A stretch of 64,000 nt of DNA, taken from the NCBI GenBank assembly GCA_964633845.1, contig CAZWLA010000001.1:31300-95299 (forward strand), written 5' to 3'. A model generated the notes under the pieces. It saw only the letters and a list, made by a program, of their open reading frames with translations, had not been told where the DNA came from and did no database searches. A program made the translations under genes and the position numbers. Origin of the DNA: an uncultured Arcobacteraceae bacterium. Its GTDB lineage: Bacteria; Campylobacterota; Campylobacteria; Campylobacterales; Arcobacteraceae. Below are positions 39,021-50,046 of this stretch, piece by piece. Positions within the stretch are counted from its first letter, which is position 1. The number at the start of each line of letters is the position of its first letter.

Positions 39021-40226
39021 ATGATAAATATAGAAAATATAAAACAAGCACAAAAAAATTTAGATAATGTAATACATAATACTCCATTGTCATATGCTCC
39101 ATTATTAAGTAGTATGCTAGATGGTAGTATTTATCTAAAAAAAGAAAATTTGCAATTAACTGGGAGTTTTAAACTTCGTGGTGCATTTAATAAATTAGCA
39201 TCTATTGACGATAGTAATAGGCTTTTAGGAGTAGTAGCAGCAAGTGCAGGAAATCATGCACAAGGTGTTGCTTTTTCTGCAAAATATTTTAAATGTGAAG
39301 CAACTATTGTGATGCCAGATGCTACACCACTCACAAAAGTAAATGGTGTGAAATCACATGGAGCAAATGTAATACTTCATGGAGCAAATTATGATGAAGC
39401 ATATACATACGCTATATCTTATGCACAAAAGCATAATAAAACATTTGTACATCCATTTGAAGATGATGATGTGATTTGTGGTCAAGGTACTATAGCTTTA
39501 GAAATTTTAGATCAATTAGAGGATATAGATCAGATTGTTATACCAATTGGTGGTGGTGGACTTATATCAGGTATTGGTGCAGCTATAAAAACCTTAAAAC
39601 CATCTATTAAGATTGTAGGAGTAGTTGCTTCAGGAGCACCTTCTATGCTAGAGTCATATGAATCAGGACAGGCTATTGATTCACTTAGTGTGAGAACTAT
39701 CGCTGATGGTATTGCAGTAAGAGATACATCAGCGAAGATGTTAAGTCTTGTATTAAAGTATGTAGATGAGATTGTAGAGGTTGAAGATCAAGAGATAGCA
39801 AGTGCTATTTTATTTTTACTTGAACAGCAAAAGCTTGTGGTAGAAGGTGCGGGGGCAGTTGGGGTTGCTGCTATGATGCACAATAAGATAAATATTAAAA
39901 ATGAAAATACTGTAGCTATTTTAAGTGGTGGAAATATTGATGTAACTATGTTATCACAGATTATTGAAAAAGGTTTAGTAAAATCAAGTAGAAAGATGAA
40001 TCTAATAGTTACATTGATTGATAAACCTGGGTCTTTAATGACACTAACAGAGATTTTTAATAATATCAGTGCAAATATTGTACAAATAGATTATGATAGA
40101 GATTCAGTACAATTAGACTTTGGAGATGCGAATGTAACGATCTCTTTAGAAACTAAAGGTGAAGAACATCAAGAGTTAATTAGAGACAAATTAATTAAGC
40201 ATGGATATAGGTTTAAACAATTGTAA
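39021..40226 (+). CDS. ilvA: Threonine ammonia-lyase (threonine dehydratase)
   Basis: The track ORF begins at a TTG at 38988. The ATG at 39021 follows GGGAG and is preferred. PLP lysine motif SFKLRGA, GGGGLISG loop, C-terminal ACT-like regulatory domain. Confidence 0.88.
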   Translation: MINIENIKQAQKNLDNVIHNTPLSYAPLLSSMLDGSIYLKKENLQLTGSFKLRGAFNKLASIDDSNRLLGVVAASAGNHAQGVAFSAKYFKCEATIVMPDATPLTKVNGVKSHGANVILHGANYDEAYTYAISYAQKHNKTFVHPFEDDDVICGQGTIALEILDQLEDIDQIVIPIGGGGLISGIGAAIKTLKPSIKIVGVVASGAPSMLESYESGQAIDSLSVRTIADGIAVRDTSAKMLSLVLKYVDEIVEVEDQEIASAILFLLEQQKLVVEGAGAVGVAAMMHNKINIKNENTVAILSGGNIDVTMLSQIIEKGLVKSSRKMNLIVTLIDKPGSLMTLTEIFNNISANIVQIDYDRDSVQLDFGDANVTISLETKGEEHQELIRDKLIKHGYRFKQL

Positions 40227-40295
40227 AGTAATTTGCTACTATAATACCAGCAGATAATTAAAAATTACTTAGTAATTAAGATAAAAAGGAACAAG

Positions 40296-40982
40296 ATGGA
40301 AGGTAGATTATATACATTTCTAGGGGCTATTGGTGGTCATGGACAAGAGTGGATTATATTATCACATTTAGCATTAACAGTATTTATTATATTTTTTGTT
40401 GCAAGAGCAGCTACTAAACAACTTCAAGTTGTACCAACAGGTACTCAAAATGTAATGGAGACATACCTGCAAGGTGTAATTTCTATTGGTACAGATTCAA
40501 TGGGTGAAAAAAATGCAAGAATATTTATGCCACTTATTGCAACTCTAGGTTTAGTAGTTTTTACTGCAAATATGATGGGTATTGTTCCAGGATTTGAATC
40601 AGTAACTGGAAATATTAACTTTACTCTTGCATTAGCTTTAATTGTATTTTTCTACTATAACTATTTAGGATTTAAAGAAAATGGAGCTAAAAAATATTTA
40701 GGTCATATGATGGGTCCAGTACCAGCACTAGCTCCATTAATGTTCCCAATTGAGATCATTTCTCATGTTTCGAGAATTGTATCTTTATCATTCAGACTTT
40801 TTGGATCTGTAAAAGGTGATGATATGTTCTTAATGGTATTATTAATGTTAGTACCTTGGATTGCTCCACTTCCAGGATTCTTCTTACTTACAGCATTTGG
40901 ATTCTTACAAGCATTTATTTTCATGATTCTTACATATGTATATATTGCTGGATCTGTAATGATGGCTGAGGAAGATCACTAG
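40296..40982 (+). CDS. atpB: F0F1 ATP synthase subunit a
   Basis: 228 aa polytopic protein. It has the essential Arg region SLSFRLFGSVKGDD. Confidence 0.88.
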   Translation: MEGRLYTFLGAIGGHGQEWIILSHLALTVFIIFFVARAATKQLQVVPTGTQNVMETYLQGVISIGTDSMGEKNARIFMPLIATLGLVVFTANMMGIVPGFESVTGNINFTLALALIVFFYYNYLGFKENGAKKYLGHMMGPVPALAPLMFPIEIISHVSRIVSLSFRLFGSVKGDDMFLMVLLMLVPWIAPLPGFFLLTAFGFLQAFIFMILTYVYIAGSVMMAEEDH

Positions 40983-41010
40983 TCTATAGTTTAGATACTA
41001 TAGGTTATAA

Positions 41011-41043
41011 AAAGGGAGGCTATTTAATAGCTTCCCTTTTTTT
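41011..41043 (+). terminator. Intrinsic terminator after atpB
   Basis: AAGGGAGGCTA, TTTAA, TAGCTTCCCTT (one G-U pair), followed by a T-run through 41043. Confidence 0.8.
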
Positions 41044-41052
41044 ATTTAAATT

Positions 41053-41607
41053 ATGAAATCCTATTTAATCACTGATCCAAAATATTATACAGATAATCCT
41101 AAAACATTTAAAAATATATTAAATAGAGTACTGTCTAAATATAAACCATCAATTGCTTGTTTTCGAGATAAAACATCATCAAATGTTGAACAACTAGCTA
41201 AAGTTTTTTTAGATGTCTGTAAAGATAATAATATAGAAATAATTTTAATTAACTCAAATATTAATTTAGCCAATAAGCTTGGATTTAATGGTGTACATCT
41301 TACATCATCTCAATTTGATAATATTCAAAAAGCAAAAGATTTAGAACTGTTTACAGTTATAAGCTGTCATGATGAAGATGAATTAAATTTAGCACAAATG
41401 AATGGTGCTAGTATGGCAACATATTCACCAATATTTGATACACCTAATAAAGGGAAGCCATGTGGAATAACAGATCTAAATAATATTACTTGCAAGTATA
41501 ATATACCTATTATTGCTCTAGGTGGTATTATAGATCAATCACATATTCAACAAATTGCTAAGACAAAAGCAATTGGATTTGCATCTATTAGATACTTCAT
41601 AAACTAA
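41053..41607 (+). CDS. thiE: Thiamine-phosphate synthase (ThiE/TenI family)
   Basis: 184 aa TIM-barrel pattern. NGVHLTSSQ, SCHD, ATYSPIFDTP, IIALGGI. ThiE versus TenI is not resolvable by eye. Confidence 0.65.
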   Translation: MKSYLITDPKYYTDNPKTFKNILNRVLSKYKPSIACFRDKTSSNVEQLAKVFLDVCKDNNIEIILINSNINLANKLGFNGVHLTSSQFDNIQKAKDLELFTVISCHDEDELNLAQMNGASMATYSPIFDTPNKGKPCGITDLNNITCKYNIPIIALGGIIDQSHIQQIAKTKAIGFASIRYFIN

Positions 41608-41651
41608 TGAACAATTAGATAAAATATTCTAATATTTATATTAGGAAACGG

Positions 41652-44600
41652 ATGTCTGATACACCACAATTTACCCACCTTCATCTTCATACAGAGTATT
41701 CACTGCTTGATGGTGCAAATAAGATTAAAGTACTTGCTAAAAAAGTAAAAGAGCTAGGGATGACATCTGTAGCCATGACTGATCATGGTAATATGTTTGG
41801 TACTATTGATTTTTATAATACTATGAAAAAAGAGGGGATAAAGCCTATCATTGGTATGGAAGCTTATCTTCATAATAGTGATGATATTGGCGATAAGACT
41901 ACAAAACGAAGATTTCATATTTGTCTATATGCCAAGAATGATATAGGATATAAAAATTTAATGTTCTTAAGTAGCCAAGCATATATGCATGGTTTTTATT
42001 ACTATCCAAGAATTAACAAAAAATTATTAAAAGAAAACTCTGAAGGCTTAATTTGTAGTGCTGCATGTTTGCAAGGTGAGATAAATTGGCATTTAAATTT
42101 ACAAAATCAAAGAAATGTAAAAAATGGTGCCAAAGGTTATGATGAAGCTAAAAAAATTGCATTAGAATATAAGGATATATTTGGAGATGATTTTTATCTT
42201 GAAATTATGAGACATGGAATTGGTGATCAACATTATATCGATGACCAAATTATTAAAATTTCACAAGAGACAGGAATTAGAATAGTTGCAACTAATGATA
42301 CTCACTATACTGAGCAAAAAGATGCAGATGCACATGAAGCATTTATGTGTATAGCTATGAATAAACTTTACGATGACCCAAATAGATTAAGGCATAGTGT
42401 TCATGAGTTTTATCTAAAATCGCCAGAACAAATAGCTAAACTTTATGCAGATATTCCAGAAGCTATAGAAGCTACGCAAGAGATTGCTAATAAGTGTAAT
42501 TTAGAAATTAAATTAGGTGACCCAACACCACCAAATTTTAAATTTGCGCGAGAAAAAGCAGCATTAGATAATTTAACTTTACCAGAACCAAATGTGGAAT
42601 ACTCTTTAGAAAATGATAAAGTATTATTTATTCATGAGTGTAAAAAAGGTTTAGAAAAAAGATTAGCTATTGTAGATCCTTCACGACATCAAGAGTATAA
42701 AGATAGACTACAAGTAGAGATAGATATTATTAATAATATGAGTTTTCCAGGATATATGCTTATTGTTTGGGATTTTGTTATTTTTGGAAAAGAGCAAAAG
42801 ATACCTGTTGGACCTGGTAGAGGATCAGCAGCAGGATCATTAGTTGCATTTGCTTTAGAGATTACAGATATTGATCCAATTCCTTATGGTTTACTTTTTG
42901 AGAGGTTTTTAAATCCAGAAAGAATATCTATGCCAGATATAGATATGGATTTTTGTCAAGCAAGAAGACAAGAGGTTATAGATTATGTTGTAGAAAAATA
43001 TGGTCGAGCCAATGTTGCTCAAATTATTACATTTGGTAAGCTTCTTGCTAAAGGTGTAATCAGAGATGTAGCAAGGGTGCTTGATATGCCATATGCACAA
43101 GCAGATGCTATGGCAAAACTAATTCCAGATGAACTTGGTATTAATCTTACTGATTCTTATGAGAAAGAACCTAAAATTGCAGAGCTTTGTGAAAGTGATG
43201 CTGGGGCAAAAAGAGTATGGGAATATGCTTTAGCACTTGAAGGACTAAATAGAAATGCAGGAACACATGCAGCTGGAGTTGTAATATCAAATGATCCACT
43301 TTGGAGAAAAACACCACTATTTAAGCCATCAGGACTTGATACATTAGCGACACAATATAGTGGAAAGTATGTAGAAGATGTTGATTTAATTAAGTTTGAT
43401 TTCCTTGGTCTTAAAACATTAACGGTAATTGAGGGCGCTTTACAACTAATTGAAAAAAGGCATGGGAAAAGAATCGATTTTGTTAAAGAGGATGTAAATG
43501 ATAAAGGTGTATATGAACTAATTCAGACAGGTAATACAATAGGATTATTTCAAATTGAATCTTCAGGAATGCAAGATCTTTGTAAAAGATTAAAACCATC
43601 AAATTTTGAGGAGATTATTGCCGTACTTGCACTTTATAGACCTGGACCTATGGAGTCTGGTATGCTTGATGACTTTATTGATAGAAAGCATGGTCGTGCT
43701 AAAGTTGATTATTTTTATGATGAATTTGAAGAACCTTTAAAGCCAATACTTGAACCAACATTTGGTGTAATTGTATATCAAGAGCAGGTTATGCAGATTG
43801 TACAAACAATAGGTGGGTTTTCACTTGGAGGTGCTGATCTTGTAAGACGAGCTATGGGTAAAAAAATTGTTGAAGAGATGGATAGACTTAAAGGTGAATT
43901 TGCAGATGGTGGTGTAAAAAAGGGCTACAAAAGAGGCCACTGTGAAGAGCTATTTGATTTAATTGTAAAGTTTGCTGGATATGGATTTAATAAATCACAC
44001 TCAGCAGCATATGCGATGGTTACATTTTATACTTCATATTTAAAAGCATATTATCCTACAGAATTTATGGCATCACTTCTAACAAGCGAAAAAGATAATA
44101 CAGATAAAGTTGTACGATATGTTGATGAGGTTAAAAGAATGGGCTATGAGCTTGTACCTCCACATATCAATAAATCAGATCTAGTATTTTCTGCTAATAC
44201 TTTAGAAGACAAAGAAGTAGTAATGTTTGGTATGGGAGCACTTAAAGGTGCTGGTGATGTTGCAATTAAATCTATTTTGTCTTCAAGAGAGAATAGTGAA
44301 TTTGAAGACTTTGGAGATTTTATAAGTAGAATCGATGGATCTAAAGTAAATAAAAGAGTTATAGAAACATTGATTAAGTCTGGTGCATTTGATAATTTTG
44401 GATTTAGTAGAAAAGCTATGATAGATCAAATAGAATATATAGTAGAGACAGTAGGAAAAGCTGCTCAAGCTAAAAAGATGGCAGTTGGATCATTATTTGG
44501 CGATGATGAAGAGTTAACTACGGTTGATATTAACTTGGAAAACTCTATAGAATATGAAGATAAAGAGATTTTGGAATTTGAAAAGGAATCATTAGGATTT

Positions 44601-45194
44601 TATGTATCTGGACATCCACTTGATAAATATAGAGAATCATTAGATGAGATAAATTATACGCTAAGTAGTGAGTTTGAGTCATTAAATGATGGGGACACTA
44701 CACTTTTAATAGGACAAATTGAAGATATTGTTCAAAAAGTTAGTAAAAAAGGCAATAAGTTTGGTATAGCTACTATCATGGATCTTCATGGCAGCTTTGA
44801 GCTTATGTTATTTGAAAATAGAATTAAAGAGTTAGATGAAAATTTTGACCTTACTAAACCAATAGCATTTAAAGTAAAAGTAAAAATAGATGATTTTGGT
44901 GTAAAATTCAATATACAAAAAATTGAATCTTTAAAAGATGCTAAAAAAGAAAAAATTGCCAAGAAAAAAGCTGTACCAAAAATTGAGATACCTCTTACCC
45001 TTGCAGTAGAATTTCAAAAACAAGATACAACTATGATGAAACTTTTTGATGTAGTTGCAAATAATCAAGGTAAACGACCTTTAAAAATAATTATTAAATC
45101 TAAACTAAAAAATATAGAGATAGATTCTGCATTTCATGTGACAAGTAAAGTGGAAGAGTTAGCAAGTAATATAGATGGAGTATATGTTGAGTAA
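41652..45194 (+). CDS. dnaE: DNA polymerase III alpha subunit
   Basis: 1180 aa. PHP domain FTHLHLHTEYSLLDG, polymerase core PDIDMDF, and GYGFNKSHSAAYA. Confidence 0.97.
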   Translation: MSDTPQFTHLHLHTEYSLLDGANKIKVLAKKVKELGMTSVAMTDHGNMFGTIDFYNTMKKEGIKPIIGMEAYLHNSDDIGDKTTKRRFHICLYAKNDIGYKNLMFLSSQAYMHGFYYYPRINKKLLKENSEGLICSAACLQGEINWHLNLQNQRNVKNGAKGYDEAKKIALEYKDIFGDDFYLEIMRHGIGDQHYIDDQIIKISQETGIRIVATNDTHYTEQKDADAHEAFMCIAMNKLYDDPNRLRHSVHEFYLKSPEQIAKLYADIPEAIEATQEIANKCNLEIKLGDPTPPNFKFAREKAALDNLTLPEPNVEYSLENDKVLFIHECKKGLEKRLAIVDPSRHQEYKDRLQVEIDIINNMSFPGYMLIVWDFVIFGKEQKIPVGPGRGSAAGSLVAFALEITDIDPIPYGLLFERFLNPERISMPDIDMDFCQARRQEVIDYVVEKYGRANVAQIITFGKLLAKGVIRDVARVLDMPYAQADAMAKLIPDELGINLTDSYEKEPKIAELCESDAGAKRVWEYALALEGLNRNAGTHAAGVVISNDPLWRKTPLFKPSGLDTLATQYSGKYVEDVDLIKFDFLGLKTLTVIEGALQLIEKRHGKRIDFVKEDVNDKGVYELIQTGNTIGLFQIESSGMQDLCKRLKPSNFEEIIAVLALYRPGPMESGMLDDFIDRKHGRAKVDYFYDEFEEPLKPILEPTFGVIVYQEQVMQIVQTIGGFSLGGADLVRRAMGKKIVEEMDRLKGEFADGGVKKGYKRGHCEELFDLIVKFAGYGFNKSHSAAYAMVTFYTSYLKAYYPTEFMASLLTSEKDNTDKVVRYVDEVKRMGYELVPPHINKSDLVFSANTLEDKEVVMFGMGALKGAGDVAIKSILSSRENSEFEDFGDFISRIDGSKVNKRVIETLIKSGAFDNFGFSRKAMIDQIEYIVETVGKAAQAKKMAVGSLFGDDEELTTVDINLENSIEYEDKEILEFEKESLGFYVSGHPLDKYRESLDEINYTLSSEFESLNDGDTTLLIGQIEDIVQKVSKKGNKFGIATIMDLHGSFELMLFENRIKELDENFDLTKPIAFKVKVKIDDFGVKFNIQKIESLKDAKKEKIAKKKAVPKIEIPLTLAVEFQKQDTTMMKLFDVVANNQGKRPLKIIIKSKLKNIEIDSAFHVTSKVEELASNIDGVYVE

Positions 45195-45972
45195 AAAAAC
45201 AATATTAATTACAAATGATGATGGATTTGAGGCAGTTGGTTTAAAGCATTTAGTTGAAGCTTTAAAACCTATAGCAAATATAGTAGTTGTAGCACCAGAT
45301 CGTAATCAAAGTGCTTGTGGGCATAGTATGACATTAAATAGACCATTAAAAATGGAAAGCTTTGATGATGATAGTTTTACAATAGATGGTACACCTACAG
45401 ATTGTGTATTTGTATCACTTCATACAATATTTGATGATGTTAAACCAGATCTTTTAATAAGTGGTATTAATATAGGATCAAATATGGGTGAGGATATTAC
45501 TTATAGTGGTACGGTTGCTGGAGCTATGGAAGCTGTACTTCATAATGTACCTGCAATTGCTATATCTCAAGTGTATAATAATTTAAATTCAAATGAAAAT
45601 AAAAATGACTGGGATTTTAAGTTAGCAAAGCAAACAATATACGATATTGCTAAAAAGATTTTGAATAATGGTTTCCCTTTAGATGAACGAAAGCTATTAA
45701 ATATTAATATTCCACAAATATCTCCAAATGAATGTCAAGGTATTAAGATTAGTAAAGCTGGATATAGAGAGTATGGAAATGATATACACTCGCACCATAG
45801 TCCTAGAGGAGAGCAGTTTCACTGGATAGGCTTACATCCACTTATTTGGCAAAGTGATGAGCAAAAAAACTGTGATTTTGAGGCAATTAAATCAAATTGT
45901 ATTTCAATTACACCAATTAAGCTTGACCTTACAAGCTATGAAGATATAAAAAAATTAGAAGAATGGATATAA
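45184..45972 (+). CDS. surE: 5'/3'-nucleotidase SurE
   Basis: ILITNDDG motif at the N-terminus, GINIGSNMG, YSGTVAGA. The ATG at 45184 (MLSKKTILITNDDG) is preferred over the track start at 45175. Either start overlaps the dnaE end. Confidence 0.9.
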   Translation: MLSKKTILITNDDGFEAVGLKHLVEALKPIANIVVVAPDRNQSACGHSMTLNRPLKMESFDDDSFTIDGTPTDCVFVSLHTIFDDVKPDLLISGINIGSNMGEDITYSGTVAGAMEAVLHNVPAIAISQVYNNLNSNENKNDWDFKLAKQTIYDIAKKILNNGFPLDERKLLNINIPQISPNECQGIKISKAGYREYGNDIHSHHSPRGEQFHWIGLHPLIWQSDEQKNCDFEAIKSNCISITPIKLDLTSYEDIKKLEEWI

Positions 45973-45975
45973 AGC

Positions 45976-46236
45976 ATGGAAAACCTAACAGAACAATTAA
46001 AAAAAGATATGAAAAAAATAGTTGGAGATTTTAATAGTGAATCTTCAATGGTTGAAATATTAAAAAAAAGACTTACTAAAAAAGAGTTTAAATTTTATAG
46101 ATTAAGATGTGAAGCAGCTTCAAAAGAAGATATGCTAGATACTTTAAGATGTGATGAAAAAAGACTTGAAGATATTCAAAAACAAACAATATTAAAACTA
46201 AATCAAGAAAAATTAAAAAATGAACTTATGGGTTAG
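45976..46236 (+). CDS. Small helical hypothetical protein
   Basis: 86 aa, Lys/Glu-rich and predicted all-helical. It is tightly packed between surE and mltA, overlapping mltA by 17 nt. Confidence 0.5.
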   Translation: MENLTEQLKKDMKKIVGDFNSESSMVEILKKRLTKKEFKFYRLRCEAASKEDMLDTLRCDEKRLEDIQKQTILKLNQEKLKNELMG

Positions 46237-47374
46237 TGTTTTTGTTGGACTTCTTTTTATAGGATGTGGTGAACAGCAAATAATTGAAAGCAAACCAAAT
46301 ATAAGTAAAGCAAAGCTAGAAAAAATCCCTCTTGAGTCTATAGAAGGATTTTCGAATGATAATCTTAATTTAGCTTTAGATGTATTCAAAAAAGATTGTC
46401 AAGCAAGAAGAGTAAATAAAATTTTAAAAGATGTATGTCAAAAAACTAAATCTTACAATAATGGATATCAGTTTTTTACAGATAACTTTGATGGATATAA
46501 ACTGCTAAATAAAGATAAAATCGATACTGGACTTATCACAGGATACTATGAGCCTATATTAAATGCTAGTTTAAAACAAACACTAAAATATAAATATCCA
46601 ATATATGAAATACCAAAGGATCTAGTAAGTGTATATCTAGGTTCAATATATCCAGAATTAAAAAAATATAGACTTCGTGGTAAACTTGTAGGAAATAAAG
46701 TGGTGCCTTATGATACAAGAGAGAAGTTTGATTCAAAAGAGCATAAAGACATAAAAGTTATTTGTTATGTTGACAGTAAAGTAGATAGATTCATGCTTGA
46801 GATACAAGGTAGTGGAAGAGCAAAATTAAGAGATGGAAATATGATAAATATAGGTTATGCAGGGCAAAATGGAAGACCATATTATCCAATAGGTAGAAAA
46901 CTTATCCAAGATGGTGAAATTAAAAAAGAAGATATGTCACTACAGGCTATTAAAAAATGGTGTGATGAAAATCAATCTAAAGTTGATGATCTTTTAAATT
47001 TAAATCAAAGTAAAGTATTTTTTTATAAGTCATCTAAAAGAGCTACAGGTAGTCTTGGTGTAGAGTTAGTAGCTAAACGTAATTTAGCAGTAGACAGAAA
47101 ATATATACCGTTAGGATTTCCTGTATTTATAAATACTACAAATCCAATAACAAAAGATAAAATCAATCAACTAATGGTAGCAGCTGATACGGGTGGAGCT
47201 ATCAAGGGTGATATAAGAGCTGACTTTTTTTGGGGCAGTGGAGAGGAAGCTAAGATAAATGCTGGTAAAATGGCACAAAATGGAAGATTAATTATACTTA
47301 TTCCAAAAGAAAAGAAAAAAGACAGATGGTCAGGTGACACATCAAAATATTTAAAAGTAAAGGAAAATATCTAA
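46220..47374 (+). CDS. mltA: Membrane-bound lytic murein transglycosylase A (lipoprotein)
   Basis: 384 aa. Lipobox LLFIGCG, ITGYYEP, and the 3D-domain region VAADTGGAIKG. Confidence 0.85.
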   Translation: MNLWVSVFVGLLFIGCGEQQIIESKPNISKAKLEKIPLESIEGFSNDNLNLALDVFKKDCQARRVNKILKDVCQKTKSYNNGYQFFTDNFDGYKLLNKDKIDTGLITGYYEPILNASLKQTLKYKYPIYEIPKDLVSVYLGSIYPELKKYRLRGKLVGNKVVPYDTREKFDSKEHKDIKVICYVDSKVDRFMLEIQGSGRAKLRDGNMINIGYAGQNGRPYYPIGRKLIQDGEIKKEDMSLQAIKKWCDENQSKVDDLLNLNQSKVFFYKSSKRATGSLGVELVAKRNLAVDRKYIPLGFPVFINTTNPITKDKINQLMVAADTGGAIKGDIRADFFWGSGEEAKINAGKMAQNGRLIILIPKEKKKDRWSGDTSKYLKVKENI

Positions 47375-47375
47375 T

Positions 47376-48197
47376 ATGACTAAAAGACACATAACAAATA
47401 AAATCTCAGACTATTTTCATAAGTTTGCTACTACACAATTTCCAGCAGTAATTCAAAATATAATCAATACAGGATATGTTAAAATATTAGGTTTAGATAT
47501 GAGTGAGTTTAAAGCACCAAGTAGCTATAAAACATTAAATGAATTGTTTACAAGAGCACTTGTAACACCAAGAGAGTTTGATACAAGTTTAGACAACTTT
47601 ATATCTCCAGCAGATAGTTTTGTATCAGCACAAGGGTCTATAAAAGGTGAAACTGCATTGCAGATAAAAGGTATGGAATACTCAGTAAAAGAATTATTGA
47701 CATCTGAAATTTCTGATGAAAGTTTCTCAAAGATGATTGATGGAGATTTCATGAATCTTTATTTATCTCCAAAAGACTACCATAGGTACCATATGGCATA
47801 TAATTGTAAAGTTACAAAGCTTATACATGTACCAGGAAAGCTTTATCCAGTAAACTTTAAATACCTAAATAAGCAGCCATCACTATTTGTTGAAAATGAA
47901 AGAGTAATACTTGAGTGTATTGCAGATGATGGAAAATTATTTTATATGGTATTTGTTGGTGCTTTAAATGTTGGTAAGATGGTATTTGATTTTGAACCAG
48001 CAGTTGAAACAAATAGTGATGTATCACAAATTAAAGTTTATGAATATGATAATATGAGAATTAAAAAAGGTGACTGCTTGGGTCACTTTAAAATGGGATC
48101 TACTGTATTAATGTTCTGGGAAAAAAATATGGTAAGCTTAGAAAATCTAGAAAATCAAAAAGTTAGATTTACAGATATAATATCAACTATAAAATAG
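47376..48197 (+). CDS. psd: Phosphatidylserine decarboxylase proenzyme
   Basis: 273 aa. YHRYHM and the self-cleavage site FKMGSTV (GST). Confidence 0.9.
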   Translation: MTKRHITNKISDYFHKFATTQFPAVIQNIINTGYVKILGLDMSEFKAPSSYKTLNELFTRALVTPREFDTSLDNFISPADSFVSAQGSIKGETALQIKGMEYSVKELLTSEISDESFSKMIDGDFMNLYLSPKDYHRYHMAYNCKVTKLIHVPGKLYPVNFKYLNKQPSLFVENERVILECIADDGKLFYMVFVGALNVGKMVFDFEPAVETNSDVSQIKVYEYDNMRIKKGDCLGHFKMGSTVLMFWEKNMVSLENLENQKVRFTDIISTIK

Positions 48198-48298
48198 ATC
48201 TCCACTTTTTATAAGTATTATATTTTTTTATAATACTTATAAAAAAAATTACTATACTTTTTAGAATAAAAATATAATCTATTAGATAAGATTATGCA

Positions 48299-49393
48299 AT
48301 GTTAAAATATATACTTTCATTTATTTTTATTCTTATTATTGTTACTATAATCTCTCTTAAAAAAATAGATAGTAATATAAATGAGCAAACTATAGAGTTT
48401 GCTATTGATAAATCTAAACTAGCACTTCAATCTCAATTTGAACAAGAAAAATCAGATGCATTAAAATTAGGATTAATGCTAGCACATAATAAACAACTTA
48501 TTGATGCCCTTGAAAATGAAGATGAAGAGTTAGGATACAATATTCTTCACTCAATTATTACAAATATTAAACAGCATACTAATGAAACTATTAGGATACA
48601 GATTATTACAGCTGAAAAAAATATTTTCGCAAGATCTTGGGATGATGTATATGCTGGTATGCCTATTGGTGATTATAGAAAAGACTTGGAGTATTTTAAA
48701 AAGAGTAAAATACCAAGAGCATCAATAGAGGTTGGTGCTATGCTAACTTTAAAAACTACTATTCCAGTATATCAAGATGACTTCCTATTAGGATTTATTG
48801 AGATTATCAGTCTTTTTGATAATGTAACAACTCATCTAAAAAATATGGGTATTGACTTATATGTTTTAATGGATGATAAATATTCAAATATCTCTGTATT
48901 TATGAGAAATAATGCCATTGTAGGTAATTTTATAATTGCAAATAAAAACTACAATAATAACAATATATCAATACTTAATGAGCTTGATTTTAAGAGCTTG
49001 TTATCTGGAGAGATAGAATATAAAAACAAACATTATATCTTTTCAGAAGATATGCTAAATGGGAATGGTAAAAAAATTGGTATCTATTTATTTTCATTAC
49101 CCGAGGTAAATCTTGAATATTTTAAAGCGTACAATGGTGAGTCTGCATCATTAATTAATTTAAGCAGAGATGAACTATATGAAACCACAAGTAATACGCA
49201 TTATGAAGATATTAATAGTGAAAAGCTTTATATTCAAACCCTATTGAATATTAAAGATAATATACCTAGTAAAGATAAAGTAAATCATATTAAATTAATT
49301 CGAACAGAATTAAATAAATATAAAAAAGAAGATTTAATAAATTTTATATTAAATAAACAAAAAACAAAAAGTATACATGGAGAGATAAGATGA
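48299..49393 (+). CDS. Membrane-anchored periplasmic sensor-like (Cache/PDC-like) protein without output domain
   Basis: 364 aa. It has a single N-terminal TM and an alpha/beta region of about 250 aa reminiscent of double-PDC sensor ectodomains. There is no second TM and no kinase, GGDEF or MCP motif. Its stop overlaps the response-regulator start (ATGA). The family call is tentative. Confidence 0.5.
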   Translation: MLKYILSFIFILIIVTIISLKKIDSNINEQTIEFAIDKSKLALQSQFEQEKSDALKLGLMLAHNKQLIDALENEDEELGYNILHSIITNIKQHTNETIRIQIITAEKNIFARSWDDVYAGMPIGDYRKDLEYFKKSKIPRASIEVGAMLTLKTTIPVYQDDFLLGFIEIISLFDNVTTHLKNMGIDLYVLMDDKYSNISVFMRNNAIVGNFIIANKNYNNNNISILNELDFKSLLSGEIEYKNKHYIFSEDMLNGNGKKIGIYLFSLPEVNLEYFKAYNGESASLINLSRDELYETTSNTHYEDINSEKLYIQTLLNIKDNIPSKDKVNHIKLIRTELNKYKKEDLINFILNKQKTKSIHGEIR

Positions 49394-50046
49394 AGATATT
49401 ATTGTTAGAAGATGAATATTCACTAAGAATTAGTATTAAAGAATTTCTTGAAGATTTAAAGTATAGTGTAGATGATTATAGTGATGGGGATGATGCATAT
49501 AATGCAATCTATTCCAATACATATGATCTATTATTGTTTGATGTAAATGTACCAAATATGAGTGGCTTTGAGATATTGAAAGCTATTAGAGATGATAAGC
49601 TTACTATTCCTACTATATTTTTAACATCAATGACAGATATGCAAAGTCTAAAAGAGGGATACAGTGTAGGTTGTTGTGATTATATAAGAAAACCATTTGA
49701 TTTGGATGAGTTAGATTTGCGAATTACACAAGTATATAATAGTTTTTATATGGATAATAACAAAAATATTACATTAGATAGAGATTTAGTATTTGAGATG
49801 AAAGAGGGACAATTATTTTATCAAGATACAGAAATAGTATTAAGAAAAGCAGAAAAAGATATATTAGATTTACTTGTAAAAAATCTTAATTCTACAGTAT
49901 CAATGGGTATGTTTCAAGATGAGATATGGAATGACTATGTAGATCCAGGGACAATCAGAACGCATATAAAAAATTTAAAACAAAAGTTACCAAATAGTGA
50001 TCTTATTAAAAATCGTAGGGGATTAGGATATATAATTGAACGATAG
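49390..50046 (+). CDS. OmpR/PhoB-family response regulator
   Basis: 218 aa. Receiver domain (LLLEDE, phospho-acceptor in LLLFDVNVPNMSG, KP at RKPF). Winged-helix C-terminus (TIRTHIKNLKQKL, RGLGYII). Confidence 0.9.
   Translation: MKILLLEDEYSLRISIKEFLEDLKYSVDDYSDGDDAYNAIYSNTYDLLLFDVNVPNMSGFEILKAIRDDKLTIPTIFLTSMTDMQSLKEGYSVGCCDYIRKPFDLDELDLRITQVYNSFYMDNNKNITLDRDLVFEMKEGQLFYQDTEIVLRKAEKDILDLLVKNLNSTVSMGMFQDEIWNDYVDPGTIRTHIKNLKQKLPNSDLIKNRRGLGYIIER

Noticed and set aside
40983-41052. A TPP riboswitch upstream of the thiE-like gene, looked for but not found. I also looked without success for a Moco riboswitch upstream of napA (23017-23309).
   Set aside because: The spacer before thiE holds only the atpB terminator. 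Neither region contains the conserved cores I recognise, such as the CUGAGA/ACCUGA elements of THI-box RNAs. An Rfam covariance search would be decisive.
48206-48245. 17-bp pure A/T hairpin after psd (TTTTTATAAGTATTATA / TATAATACTTATAAAAA) as an intrinsic terminator.
   Set aside because: The stem has very low predicted stability. On the plus strand it is followed by an A-run rather than a U-run, so it may simply be AT-rich palindromic spacer. It is kept only as a possibility.
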